From contig CAWFQB010000006.1 in NCBI GenBank assembly GCA_963817895.1, positions 370,511 through 434,510 on the forward strand: a stretch of DNA of 64,000 nt, written 5' to 3'. This stretch comes from an uncultured Chthonomonadaceae bacterium (lineage in GTDB: Bacteria > Armatimonadota > Chthonomonadetes > Chthonomonadales > Chthonomonadaceae). Below the pieces are notes generated by a model. That model saw only the letters and a list, made by a program, of their open reading frames with translations, was not told the origin of the DNA and did not search any database. The stretch's first letter is position 1. Each line of letters opens with the position of its first letter. The position numbers and the translations under genes are program-made. Below, in pieces: positions 50,902-62,680 of the stretch.

Positions 50902-53478
50902 ATGCCAGCCAGCCGTGTTCCCTATCCAAAAGGCATTGTCACGTTCCTGTTTACGGATATTGTCGGCTCGACAAATGCCGCCCGCGCCCTGCCGTACCAG
51001 CACTACAGCCTGCAACTGCTGCAGCCGCAGTTTGACGAAATCAAGCGGCTTGTGGAACAGGAACACAAAGGGCGCATTTCCGGCACGCCTGCGGGTGACA
51101 GCATCATGGCGGCGTTTGCCGATGTCAACAACGCGCTCAATTGCGCCATTCAAATCCAAAACGTCCTGCCGACAATCAAGCACACCGACCGCGACGGCAA
51201 GGAATGGGCGCTCTCGGCGCGTATCGGCGTCCATACCTCGGAAATGCAGGTCACGCCAAACGCGAAGGGCGAGTATCTCAATCACCCGGACGTGATTTAT
51301 GCGGCGCGGATTATGAGCGTAGCACACGGTGGGCAGATTGTCCTCTCCGCCAACGGGCATAAGCAGTGCGACGACAAACGCTGGACATGGCAGGAATGGA
51401 AGAACCGGCGTATCAAGAGTTTCGAGGAAGCCCCGCAAATCCTGCACGAACTGCTGTACGAGGGCTGGACAAGCAAAGAGCCGGGTTCGCAATTTCTGCC
51501 CGCGTGGTTTCAGGAGATGAACCGGTATGTGCCGCGCCCCAATTTGGAAGCCGCCATTCTGAACCTGTTTCAAACCAAAATGCCTTCCGGGTTCCTGTAC
51601 CGGCTTGTCACGTTGCACGGCTTTGGCGGAATGGGCAAAACGCGCCTTGCCATGCAGTGCTGTGTTCAGGCCGTCGGCATCTTTGCGGGGCGATTGTACT
51701 GCGTGGAACTTGATACCCTCGGTGTATCGAACACGATGAACGACGCGGCGAAGCGCGATTTTCTGGCAGGGCGCATTGCTGAAGCGTTCCAGTTGAAGGA
51801 TGAAGCCGCCGCGCCGGACAATCTGCCCCACAGCCTGCCCAAAGACGTTTCCCTCCTGCTGCTCCTCGACAACTACGAGACGGTGAAATGCGGCCCGGCA
51901 AAGCGGCTTGTGGAAAAACTGCTGACAACCAACCCCCTGCTGCATATCCTCGTCACCGGGCGCAAGTCCGTGGAATTGAACCGCGTGGAACTGCCAAAGG
52001 ACGTGCGGGGATTGGAAGCCGAAGAGGGGCGCGACCTGCTGATAGCCCGCATCCGCGAAAGCAAAGCCGATTTTACGTGGACGCCATCCGAAGCGGACAA
52101 CGAGGCGATTGCCACCATCCTGCGTGTCACCGCAAACATTCCCCTCGCCATTGAACTGGCGGCGGCGCGTATCAGGAACCGAACCCTACCGGAAATCGCC
52201 GCAAGCATCAGCAAAGCGGTTTTAGGCGAAATGACCGACTCCAGAGAAGAGCGGGACGCCAATGACCCGGAATGGCGGCATGACACGCTGGAAAAATGCT
52301 ACGACTGGTCATGGAACCTGCTGAATGAGCCAGAGCAAACCGCGTTTGCGCTGTGCAGCCTCTTCGCCAACGACTGCGTCCCGCAAGAAATCACCGCCTG
52401 TTTTCCCGCTATCATGCCGGAACACCTTGACGCCTTGCAGGAAGCGTCCCTTCTCGTGTATACCGCCCACGACGGACACAGCCTGTATTTCCTGCTGCAC
52501 CCCACCCGCGAATACGCCCGCAAGCGTCTGCACAAAATAGATGCAGACCAAGAACAGCAGCGCTATTTCGTCGCCTATTACCGGCAGATTGTTCAGGAAA
52601 ACGGCGGCAGCGCAAATACAGAGGACAGGGAAAAACGAGAGCGATTGGAAACGGCATGGCGTCACGCCGTATCCGCAGCCGATATTGCGCCGGAACTTCA
52701 GGATACGGAGTCCAGCGGCAACATTGCAGATTTGCTGGTCCATTTTGTGGATCGTCAGGCGCTCTGGGCCGAAGGAACGTTTCTGTATACACGGTCGCTG
52801 GAAATTCGCCGCAAAGCGTTGCCGGTCGGCCACCCTGAGATTGCCGCCAGCCTCAACAATCTGGCGGGGTTGTACGAGTCGCAAGGCCGCTATGCCGACG
52901 CCGAACCCCTGTACTTACAGGCGTTGGACATTAAGCGACAGAACTTAGGCAAAGATCATCCAAGCCTTGCCACCAGCCTCAACAATCTGGCGGGGTTGTA
53001 CGAGTCGCAAGGCCGCTATGCCGACGCCGAACCCCTGTACTTACAGGCGTTGGACATACGGCGCAAAGCGTTGCCCGACGGTCATCCTGAGATTGCGGCC
53101 AGCCTCAACAATCTGGCGGAGTTGTACAAGTCGCAAGGCCGCTATGCCGACGCCGAACCCCTGTACTTACAGGCGTTGGACATTGATCGTGTGGCATTGG
53201 GAGAAAACCATCCCGGCTACGCCACTGACCTCAACAATCTGGCGGGGTTGTACAAGTCGCAAGGCCGCTATGCCGACGCCGAACCCCTGTATTTACAGGC
53301 ATTGGACGTTCTCGTCGTTAGTTTGGGGCCGCGTCACCCGAACACGGCTACAGTTCTCAGCAACTTGCTGATGATGCTTGTCAATCAGGAACGCCGGGGG
53401 GAAATCGGAGCCTTTTTAGCCGCAAAGCCGGAACTTCAAGAAACGTACGCTCTCCTGCTTGCTCGGCAGTCGGCGTAG
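50902..53478 (+). CDS. Class III nucleotide cyclase + STAND (NB-ARC-like) ATPase + TPR repeats
   Basis: FLFTDIVGST, GDSIMAAF and RIGVH. Walker A GFGGMGKT, Walker B LLLLDNYE, IPLAIELAAA. 42-aa TPRs HPxxAxSLNNLAxLYxSQGRY. Confidence 0.92.
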   Translation: MPASRVPYPKGIVTFLFTDIVGSTNAARALPYQHYSLQLLQPQFDEIKRLVEQEHKGRISGTPAGDSIMAAFADVNNALNCAIQIQNVLPTIKHTDRDGKEWALSARIGVHTSEMQVTPNAKGEYLNHPDVIYAARIMSVAHGGQIVLSANGHKQCDDKRWTWQEWKNRRIKSFEEAPQILHELLYEGWTSKEPGSQFLPAWFQEMNRYVPRPNLEAAILNLFQTKMPSGFLYRLVTLHGFGGMGKTRLAMQCCVQAVGIFAGRLYCVELDTLGVSNTMNDAAKRDFLAGRIAEAFQLKDEAAAPDNLPHSLPKDVSLLLLLDNYETVKCGPAKRLVEKLLTTNPLLHILVTGRKSVELNRVELPKDVRGLEAEEGRDLLIARIRESKADFTWTPSEADNEAIATILRVTANIPLAIELAAARIRNRTLPEIAASISKAVLGEMTDSREERDANDPEWRHDTLEKCYDWSWNLLNEPEQTAFALCSLFANDCVPQEITACFPAIMPEHLDALQEASLLVYTAHDGHSLYFLLHPTREYARKRLHKIDADQEQQRYFVAYYRQIVQENGGSANTEDREKRERLETAWRHAVSAADIAPELQDTESSGNIADLLVHFVDRQALWAEGTFLYTRSLEIRRKALPVGHPEIAASLNNLAGLYESQGRYADAEPLYLQALDIKRQNLGKDHPSLATSLNNLAGLYESQGRYADAEPLYLQALDIRRKALPDGHPEIAASLNNLAELYKSQGRYADAEPLYLQALDIDRVALGENHPGYATDLNNLAGLYKSQGRYADAEPLYLQALDVLVVSLGPRHPNTATVLSNLLMMLVNQERRGEIGAFLAAKPELQETYALLLARQSA

Positions 53479-53763
53479 CGTCGGCGCGTTCTCACGCCCA
53501 ATCTGAATTTCTCGCGCGAACATCCGGCATATAAAATGCCGGATAGCGAGGCGTTCCGCCGATTGGACGAAGGACATAAGCCTCATCTGAATGAAGTTGT
53601 AGAGAAACCACTTAAACATTGCACAATCTCACGTTCACAGGACGGTTGGCCGCAGGCCTAACAACCGGTATTTTATATACCGGCTTCTGCGCGATTGTCC
53701 AATCTTTAGTTGCCTTGTCTATTAGTTGCCGTTAAGGGACTGTAAATTTTTCATTTCCCGAAC

Positions 53764-53788
53764 GCAGGGGCGTTGCTTGCTGCGTCCT
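53764..53788 (+). repeat. Single GTAG-family REP copy (degenerate)
   Basis: GCAGGGGCGTTGCTTGCTGCGTCCT matches the arms at 1328 and 32195. Confidence 0.7.
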
Positions 53789-54026
53789 CCTCTCGGATTG
53801 CGCCTGCCAAAAGCGCGAGATGTACACCCCCGGCAAGCCCCCCTCTTCGTTCTCCACGCAGAAGCGCCCTCGTTCCCACAACTCCAACAGCAACCATCCA
53901 GAAAAAAGAAACAAAAAAAGATTCGGACAGCGCGAAAAAACGAAACCTCGGCTACCCACGTCCTGTCTACTAAATACAAACGTCTACTAATCAGTCAGGT
54001 GGCGGGCCGTTGAAAGTTCATAGTGC

Positions 54027-54054
54027 CTATCAACTATCAACTATCAACTATCAA
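54027..54054. repeat. Heptamer tandem repeat (CTATCAA)x4
   Basis: Read directly from the sequence. Confidence 0.9.
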
Positions 54055-54366
54055 CTTACCCAGGAGGGAGGTGCAAGATGATGCCTGTATATACTCGGTC
54101 GCCGTAACACTTTCGAGGTCACGACGCCTCTACATACAATTTGACATAACGAGACACTGGGCTGGAAGCGCTGCATTGCCACTATTTCGACGCTGTCTCT
54201 ACATATTCTCCTCCTCCCTCCTCCTTCCTCCTTTGCTTGTGCCAATACATCATTCTTCAAGTATAATAGCAGGACAGCATTGGCGCAGGGGCGTTCCAAA
54301 AGCCCTGCCACAGCAACACCATCGAATTTCAACGGCGAACATTCACTTTTTACTTGAGGATGTAAT

Positions 54367-56415
54367 ATGTTTTCTTCTTTCAATTCGCGGCCTTCACGTT
54401 TATGGCTCACATTGGCGTTGGGAGTGGTGGTTCTGCCCGCAACGGTTCGGGCGGGCGACCATCACGGCATTGATACCACGATCATTGACCGCAGCGTTAA
54501 TCCGACAACGGACTTTTTTCAATACGCCAATGGCAAGTGGCTGGAAAAAGCCACTATTCCCGCCGACCTGACCGGAACCGGCGTGTTTCAGGAGGTGTAC
54601 GAGCGCAACCAGAAGATTTCCCATGCCGTCGCGGAAAAAGCCGCCCGTGACCATGCTTCCGCCGCCGACAGCCCGACCCGTAAAGTGGGCGAGTTCTACC
54701 GCGTGGGTATGGACGAAGCGCTTGCCAACCGGCTCGGCGCGACCCCGCTGGAACCCGAAATGCAGCGCATCATGGGTGTCACCGACAAAGCAACGCTGCT
54801 CGATGAGATTGCCCGCCTGCATCGCATTGGAGTGAGCGCGGGATTTGGCGCGGGCGTTCGGCAGGACGCCAAAGACAGTACCTCGCAAATCTTCAATCTG
54901 TCACAGGGCGGGCTTGGCCTGCCGGAGCGCGACTACTATCTGCGCGACGATGCCAAATCTAAAGAGATTCGGCAGCAGTACGTTTCCCATATTGCCCGGA
55001 CGCTGGAACTCGCCAACACGCCCAAAGCGCAGGCGACAACCGACGCCGCCAACATTCTCGCCCTCGAAACACGGCTGGCGAAAGCGTCCATGCCCCGCGT
55101 CGAAATGCGCAATCCGAACGCCACGTACCACAAAATGACGCCCGAAGAGCTGAAAGCGCAGACGCCCAATATCGAATGGACGCGCTACTTCGTCACGCTC
55201 GGCAAAGCCGATCCGGGTTCGCTGAATGTCAGCCAACCCGCGTTCTTCACCGAGTTCGGAACCATGCTTGGCGATACGCCGCTGGATCAGTGGAAAACGT
55301 ATCTGAAGTGGCATCTGCTGCGAACCGCATCGCCGTATCTGAGCCGCCCGTTTGTGGAAGAGGATTTCGCGTTCAACCGGGCGTTTACGGGACAGAAGCA
55401 GCTTGCCGTTCGCTGGAAGCGCGTTCTGGCGACAACCGACCGCTCGCTTGGCGAAGCGCTGGGGCAGTTGTATGTGGCGCAGGCGTTCACCCCGGAAGCC
55501 AAACAACGCGCCCTTGAACTGGTGCAAAATCTGAAAGGCGTCCTGCGCGAACGCTTACAAACGCTGGAATGGATGGGCGATGATACGCGGGTTCAGGCGG
55601 TTCGCAAACTGGACGCCATACGCATCAAAATCGGCTATCCCGACAAATGGCGCGACTACTCCGGTTTGAAAGTCCAGTCCGATTCGTATGTTCAGAACGC
55701 GCTTCGCGCCAACGAATTCGAGTTTCAGCGGCGATTGGACAAAATCGGCCAGCCGGTTGACCGGGACGAGTGGGGCATGACGCCACCAACCGTGAACGCC
55801 TACTACAATCCGAGCATGAACGAGATCGTGTTCCCCGCCGGTATTTTGCAGCCCCCGTTCTTCGACCCGAAAGCGGACAACGCCAGCAACTACGGCGGCA
55901 TCGGCGCGGTCATCGGACACGAAATGACGCACGGCTTCGACGATCAGGGGCGGCAGTTCGACGCGGAGGGCAACCTGAAGGACTGGTGGACGCCCGAAGA
56001 CGCCAAACGGTTTACCGAACGCAGCACGGCCCTTGCCGATCAGTACAGTAAGTACGTCGCCATTGACGACCTGCGCGTCAACGGCAAGCTGACACTGGGC
56101 GAAAACATTGCTGATCTTGGCGGATTAACGGTTGCCTATCTCGCGCTGGAAAAAACGCTGGCAGGCAAGCCGCGCCCCGCCCTGATTGACGGCTTCACGC
56201 CCGAACAGCGGTTCTTCCTCGCCTTCGGGCAAATCTGGCGCTCGAAACTGACGCCGGAGCGCGTTCGCCTGCTTGCCCAAACCGACCCGCACTCGCCCAA
56301 CCGCTGGCGCGTGTTCGGCCCGCTGGTAAATACGCCCGCCTTCCGCGAAGCCTTCAGCAGCGGCGGCACGGCGGACGCTTCGACAACAGGCGCAAGCATC
56401 ATCCGCATCTGGTAG
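54367..56415 (+). CDS. M13-family zinc metalloendopeptidase (PepO/neprilysin-like), secreted
   Basis: VNAYY, HEMTH, GENIAD and DPHSP motifs. Confidence 0.96.
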   Translation: MFSSFNSRPSRLWLTLALGVVVLPATVRAGDHHGIDTTIIDRSVNPTTDFFQYANGKWLEKATIPADLTGTGVFQEVYERNQKISHAVAEKAARDHASAADSPTRKVGEFYRVGMDEALANRLGATPLEPEMQRIMGVTDKATLLDEIARLHRIGVSAGFGAGVRQDAKDSTSQIFNLSQGGLGLPERDYYLRDDAKSKEIRQQYVSHIARTLELANTPKAQATTDAANILALETRLAKASMPRVEMRNPNATYHKMTPEELKAQTPNIEWTRYFVTLGKADPGSLNVSQPAFFTEFGTMLGDTPLDQWKTYLKWHLLRTASPYLSRPFVEEDFAFNRAFTGQKQLAVRWKRVLATTDRSLGEALGQLYVAQAFTPEAKQRALELVQNLKGVLRERLQTLEWMGDDTRVQAVRKLDAIRIKIGYPDKWRDYSGLKVQSDSYVQNALRANEFEFQRRLDKIGQPVDRDEWGMTPPTVNAYYNPSMNEIVFPAGILQPPFFDPKADNASNYGGIGAVIGHEMTHGFDDQGRQFDAEGNLKDWWTPEDAKRFTERSTALADQYSKYVAIDDLRVNGKLTLGENIADLGGLTVAYLALEKTLAGKPRPALIDGFTPEQRFFLAFGQIWRSKLTPERVRLLAQTDPHSPNRWRVFGPLVNTPAFREAFSSGGTADASTTGASIIRIW

Positions 56416-56499
56416 GCATGGAAGAAGAGTATAGCCGCGAATAAACGCGAATGAACGCGAATAAAGCGGCTATATTCACAACAGGAAAGAACAGCGCGA

Positions 56500-57330
56500 A
56501 TGTCTTTGTATCCCCAATTTGAACGGCTGTATGTGTTGGAGTTGCCGGAAAGCGCAATACGCTGGCTGCCTGTTCGCGGCCATGATATATTGGTTCAATC
56601 GGCAGGTGACGGGGTAGAACTTCTGCCGGACAGCGTTGTTGTTCGGCAGGCGCTTGCGCCGTTTACGCCACTTGTGCTTGGCAAGGTTGGGGACGCGACG
56701 TATGTAACCTGTGAGGTATCTGAAGACATGCCGTTGCCGGATGGCTGGCAGGCGTCCAATGTGCGCAATTTGTACGGGCGGATTTCGGAAACCGAATGGC
56801 ACATCGCGGGGTACGCGACCCAAATTCTGCACTGGCAGCGCGTCAGTCAATTTTGCCCGGTTTGCGGAAGCGCGACCGAACCGATGGGCAAAGAGTGGGT
56901 TCGGCGTTGCGCGAATTGCGGGCATGACCGCTACCCGCAAGTCAGTCCTGCTGTACTCGCGCTTGTGCATGACGGCGCGGATAGAGTGCTGCTGGCGCAC
57001 AAACCGGGGTGGGGCGACCGTTACAGCATACTCGCGGGATTCGTGCTGCCGGGTGAATCATTGGAAGAGTGCGTACAACGAGAAGTGGAAGAAGAGGTCG
57101 GCTTTCAGGTAGCCGACATCGTGTACAAGGGAAGTCAGCCCTGGCCGTTCCCGCATCAACTGATGCTCGGCTTCACGGCGCGGTACGTGAGCGGCGACAT
57201 CCGGCTGGACGAGGAAGAATTGGATCACGCCGCATGGTTTGACGTAAACGAACTGCCCCCACTCCCGCCGCCCCTCAGCCTTTCCCGCCAATTGATTGAT
57301 GCGTGGAAACGGGAACGGTTACAGACCTGA
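56500..57330 (+). CDS. nudC: NAD(+) diphosphatase
   Basis: Zn ribbon CPVCG..CANC, Nudix box GESLEECVQREVEEEVG and SQPWPFP. Confidence 0.95.
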   Translation: MSLYPQFERLYVLELPESAIRWLPVRGHDILVQSAGDGVELLPDSVVVRQALAPFTPLVLGKVGDATYVTCEVSEDMPLPDGWQASNVRNLYGRISETEWHIAGYATQILHWQRVSQFCPVCGSATEPMGKEWVRRCANCGHDRYPQVSPAVLALVHDGADRVLLAHKPGWGDRYSILAGFVLPGESLEECVQREVEEEVGFQVADIVYKGSQPWPFPHQLMLGFTARYVSGDIRLDEEELDHAAWFDVNELPPLPPPLSLSRQLIDAWKRERLQT

Positions 57331-57342
57331 CGGGCTTTAACT

Positions 57343-57453
57343 ATTCACCACCAAGACGCCAAGAACACCAAGAGAAAAAAGAAGAAGATTAACAGGCAAT
57401 CTTGATTATTTTTCTTCGTATTTCTTGGTGTTCTTGGCGTCTTGGTGGTGAAT
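57343..57453. repeat. Perfect 31-bp inverted repeat built from nonamers, between convergent genes
   Basis: ATTCACCACCAAGACGCCAAGAACACCAAGA and its reverse complement at 57423-57453. Confidence 0.9.
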
Positions 57454-57476
57454 AAATCCTCGCTCTTATAAGCCGG

Positions 57477-60400
57477 TTATTTCCTCACTACAATGTCCTG
57501 CGGGGCGGAAACGGCGACTTTTTCCGGGTTGTAGTAGGGGTAGACCCGGCTTAACGGCGTCCGCGCCTTGATCGGGTATTTCGCCTTGATCTGGTAGGTC
57601 AGCGTAACGGTCTGATTCGGTTCCAGTTTCTCCATGTACACGATGATCTGGCGGGCGGCGACCGTGTATTTGCTGATGGTTTTGGCTGTTACCGCGTCAT
57701 CGAGTTTTTCCGGGTTCACGATGAAACCGGGTGGGATGCCCAAATCTATCAGCGGCATTTCCGCCGTCGCGCTGGTGTTGTTGTGGATGGATACGGTGAC
57801 GGTAGCCGTATCGTCCTGCGCCAGAGTGGTTTTGTCGTAAGCCACTTTAATAGACATGGGTTCCTGTCCCGCTTGCGGCTGACCGGTTTGGCTCCACGGC
57901 ACGTAGCATCTGCCGACAATCTGATACAGCATGGACCCGTCGCCCTCGTATTCCAGCGTGATCGCGTTGGTGTCCGCCTTGAGATGTTCGGCAAGGCTGA
58001 TCTGCCGCATCACGTCGCTGTCTTCGGGCGTGATGGTGAACGAACCCGCCTTCTGTCCGTTGGCGAGAATGGTCACTTTGCCCTTGCCGCTCCCAACACC
58101 GTTTTGACTGGCGAACAGCAGCGATTTCATAGACCACACGGTTCCCTGCGTGGACTCCCATGTTCCGAAACTGTCCTTGCTTTGCACCAGATGCGTCAGG
58201 ACTTTGTTGGTAAACCCGGCGTTGCGGCCCCATTTGCACAGCCCGTACGCGGCAAGCCCCGTAGTTTCCAAATCCGCGCCCCGCTCTTTCGCTCCGGTAA
58301 ACGTCTGCGTGTCCGTCTGCCAGTAGGCGTCCTTATCTGTTGTTTTCGCGAGTTCAATCAGGCTGTTGGCGACCTTTGCCGTTGTGTCGCTGTCGCGTTC
58401 CAGTTTCGTCAGCAGGTTCAGAATGACGGCAAGCGTGTACGGGTCTTTGGCCTCGTCAATATGCGCTTTCACGAACGCGACTCCGGTTGCCAGTTGTGGG
58501 CCATTGTAACCGCTTTCCGCTAACGCCCACGCGATGTACGCCGTTGTGCGCAACGCGCCCGTTTGCCGGTTGATAATGCCCTCCGCGATGCCCTGCGTTT
58601 TCTCTTCCCACGAACCGTCCGCCTGCTGTTTACCCGCAAGCCACTGCTGTGTTCGGGCGATCACGTTCGGGTCTACGTCATGCACTTTCGCCATGTCGCT
58701 GAATTCCAATAGGCCATACGCGGTCAGAATTTGATGCGCAGGCTCATTCCCGAACCACGAGAAACCACCGCTTTTGCACTCGAACGTGACAAGCCGCTGA
58801 TAGCCGATGTTGACGTACCCTTCGGCTTTGAGTTGCAGTTCGGGGTTGATGCGTTTGGTTTTCTTCAGGTAGTCCAGTACGAGCAGGTTGGGGTACGTGG
58901 TCGAACTCGTCTGCTCGAAGCAGCCATTCGGCATCCGCAACACGCCGTCCAACCCCTCCACAACCTGGCTGAACGCGCCCGGATATAATTTCACGTACAG
59001 GCTGCTCGCATCGGGCAGGCTGTTGGCCGCGAACGTGACGGACTTTTCCGTCCTGCCTTCCAAGCGGGCGTTGATCGTGGTTTCCAGCAATTTGCCGTCC
59101 GGCGTGACAGCGATCTCGCGGCGCATGGCGTCCGACAGCTTGCTGCCTTTCGCCGTCACTTCCAGACTGTGTTTGCCAATCGCGTTCGCCGTGAGCGGAT
59201 AGTACACGACACTGATGGAATTGGCCCCGACCTGAACGGTTTGCACCGGTTTGCCCTGCAAGGCGAACCAGGGTTCCTGTTTCAGCGTCAATGTCACCTG
59301 CTGCGGCGTGGGCAGGTAGTTGTAAATGGCAACGGGAACGTCCACGCGGTCGTGCTGCGTGAGCGAAACGGGAAGGTCAATATCCACAAAGAAGTCCTGA
59401 AACACTTTCAGGGGCGTTGTTGTGCTGCCCAATTGTCCTTTTGTGGAGTTGGCAAGCAGGCTCAATCGCCACGTCGTAATGGAATCAGCCATCGGCACGG
59501 TCAATTGCGCCCTTCCCTGTTCATCGGTAATCAGGGCGGGGTTCCAGTACATGGTTTCGGGGAAGAACGAGCGGACGCGGGGCGCGTCGCTTCCACCTGC
59601 CGGACCATCGGACGCGGTTTCCGTCTTGAATTTTGTGACGCCGTCTCGTTTAGCTGCCGCCATCAGCATCAGCGGCCTCGGCGCTCCTGCCCTCGGAAGA
59701 TCAAACGCTCCGCCGCCACCGAAACCGCCACCTTCGGCGACGCCCAACTGCCTGCCCTTTTGCAGCATCTCCTTTGCCGCTTCGTCAAAAAACATATCAC
59801 GGTCTTCGAGGAGGTCAGCCCGGTTTACATCCATTCTGCCCCGAACTCTCACACCGCTGCGCAGGCTCCAGTTGGCGTTTCCATTCCAGCCGTACAGGGA
59901 GACGTTCGCGATGTCGTCGCTTGTGTTCCATTTGCCATCCGGCCCCGCGCTGCTCAGGGTGAAAACGTAGTAGTTGTCCTCAAAGTTTTTCTTGCCCTGC
60001 ATATCCACTTTGTACGCCCGCCCCCACGGATCGCGCAGGTCGCTTGCCTGCACATAGCCCTTGCTGACCAGGCGCGCGATACCCTCGTCTGCTGACAATG
60101 AGCTATGCGTGTCAGTCTTGTACTTTTGCGCGGCGGCGACGATTTTGCGGTTGGTTTCCGTCATTATCTGAGCAGTTTTTACGGCCACTTTCGCCCATTT
60201 TTGCGCATACGTGTCCACCCGAATATCGAAATTGGCGGGTTCGGGCGCGGACGCGAGTATCAGGGCGGCGGCGCGTTGTCTCTCCTCATCGCGCTTGAAC
60301 TGAACCGGGTTGGGCTGCATCAAACCGGATGGCGTCAGGCCATGCAGTTCGTACTTCGGCTCCATCAGCTCTTTTTCCAGCGTGAAAATGACGCGTTCCA

Positions 60401-62293
60401 GACCCGGCTGCAATTCCGACAGGGCGAACACGCTCTCATCCACAACGGCAAGCCCAAGCGCGGCCTGAACGGGGCGCTTTTGCCCATCCTGCACCAAAAA
60501 CTTCAGGACGGCATCCCCGCCCGGTTTGTACTGCGTTTTGTCGGCTGTCACGCGGATGTTCAGGTCGTCGGCGGGCAACACAATCAGCGTTCGCGTGTCC
60601 CGAATAATGTTCTCATTCGGCAGGATTTTGTACGCGCGGATTTGCAGCGTTCCCACCATGTCATGCGTCAGCGGAAGGATTAATTGCGCCTGCCCGCCCG
60701 TCGCGTTTTCCGCCCGCGTCACAATCGTCTGCTTGTTGCGAATCACGTCAAAGTAAACGGTTCCGCCCTTTACGGACGAGAGCGCGGATAAATTCATCCG
60801 TTCGCCTACTTTTGCGATGGTTTTGTCGGTTCGCAGGATAAGGCCGTCCTGCCCGCCCGCGTTTTGTAAGTTCAGGGTGGCGACGCCCGTATGCCCCGCC
60901 CTGTCCGTTACTTCCATCGTCCACTCGACACCGTTTTTTTCATCCGCATGGGGTTGGAACGCGAACGTCGCCAATCCTAACTCATCGGTGACGAGTGAAT
61001 AGCCCTTCTGCTCTCTTGCGCCGTTGAGCGGCAGGGGCTTGCCCCGGTACACGAACACGCGCGCCTTTTGCAACGGTGTGCCGTCGGGCGTGGCGGCGGC
61101 GATATACGCCCGGTTTTCTACACCGGGAACGAGCGTTCGGCTTTCCGGCACGACAACAACCGACACCGGCTCCTTGACAACGGGTACGCTCTGATGCGCC
61201 TCCTGCTTGTGGTCGGCCTTGTCCTTAATCGTGGCGGCGAACTCGATTTGCGCCTTGCCCTGCGAGAACGGCTGCCCGACAAACGAATTGGGCAGGGTAT
61301 AGCGAAAGGTGTACACGCCTATCGGGTCGGTTTTGTCTTTCAGTTCCGCCAGTTTGGTCACGCCGACATCCACCGTATTGATGGCAACCGTCACCTGCGC
61401 ATCCCCCACCGGCTTGCCGAAAAAGTACGTCGCCTTGACCGTTCCCTTGACCTGTTCCCCCGGCAGATAGTACGGCTTATCCGTCGTAATGGCGATTTTG
61501 TATTTGGGCAGAACGTACCGCTCCACACGAACTTTTTTCTCGGTTTCTCCCGTCGGCAGAATGGCGCGAAGCGTGAATGCGCCCATGTTCACCTCATCGG
61601 CAAGGATGAAATCGGCGGACGCGACCCCGTAGCGCGAAAGCGTCTGCGCCTTCTTGAACACTTTGTTGCCCCGCGCATCCTCGACTTCAAACGTAATCGG
61701 CTGCGCGGCAAGCGCTTCCCGCGTCGCCATATCCAGCGCGAGGGCGCGAAGATGCATGGTTTGTCCCGGCTGATACAGGGGCTTGTCCGAAGTCAGCATC
61801 ATCTGCATGGATTCCGTAATCTGTATCGGCTGCGTAACGGTATCATTGCCGAGCGGAGATTTGACATTGATGGTCAACTGGTACGCGCCCGCCGCCACTT
61901 TAGGCGCGTGAAACTGCGCGTCCAAAGTGCCGATGCCGTTGGTTTGCCCCGTATACAGCGCAACTGTTTGCGCATCCGGCTTGCCGTTCTCCACCTTCGC
62001 CAATCCGAGCGACACGGACGCGGGCGCGGCTTTGCCCGTCAGATGGTTGCCGACAATAATTCGCAGCGAAGCCGGCCCGCCCCGCAGCCACGTCCGCTGC
62101 CCCAATACCCGCGTTTCCAGCGGCGACACCTCAAAATCTTTGCGATTAAAAGCCGGGGGCGCATTATCGCGCCGAAACGCCAGAACGCGATTCGCCTTTT
62201 GCGCCTGCGCGAATGTGGCAAGCAAAGGGGTACACAGCAAATCATGCCGAAAACCGGCGGAAGAGAATGAAAAGCAGTTTGAAGACGTCGCAT
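57477..62293 (-). CDS. Alpha-2-macroglobulin family thioester protein (probable frameshift in the signal peptide near 62225)
   Basis: SDKPLYQPG, VRSFFPET, DSITTW and thioester GCFEQ. ATG 62293 with AAGGA RBS is out of frame with the body. Confidence 0.93.
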
Positions 62294-62333
62294 AGCGCAA
62301 ATTTCCTTCTAAACAGGTAGATGTTGTGGTTTA

Positions 62334-62378
62334 GCCTTCTACCAGAATGGGAGAAGGTGGCCGAAGGCCGGATGAGGG
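62334..62378. repeat. Single REP arm (CCCTCATCCGGCC family)
   Basis: GGGAGAAGGTGGCCGAAGGCCGGATGAGGG. Confidence 0.8.
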
Positions 62379-62555
62379 CCAGAATTGCCGTTTAGACGGT
62401 ATGCGCGTGGTTGTGGTTACTTTTCGGGGAAATGGAGATTTTAAACCTGTTTTCGTGTGCCAGTTAGACCTTTACATGCGCCAAGTTGAAACCCGGCGTA
62501 TATAAAGGTCAAAAACAGCCCTGTTGCGTAATGTGAAGCAATCATAGACGAGGAA

Positions 62556-62671
62556 CCTATTAACCCAAGTTGCTACCTTGATTTCTCAATCTCGAAGATT
62601 TGGCGCAAAGTGCTACTTTCTGTGCGCCGCTATCTCAAACACGGTTTAAGGTAGCAACTTGGGTTATTAGG
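62556..62671. mobile_element. Putative MITE with 24-bp terminal inverted repeats
   Basis: CCTATTAACCCAAGTTGCTACCTT and AAGGTAGCAACTTGGGTTATTAGG, one mismatch. Confidence 0.65.
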
Positions 62672-62680
62672 AGCAGTGAG

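Noticed and set aside
53416..54410. Short ORFs between the TPR protein and the M13 peptidase
   Set aside because: Low-complexity, repeat-containing intergenic DNA with no convincing coding signal.
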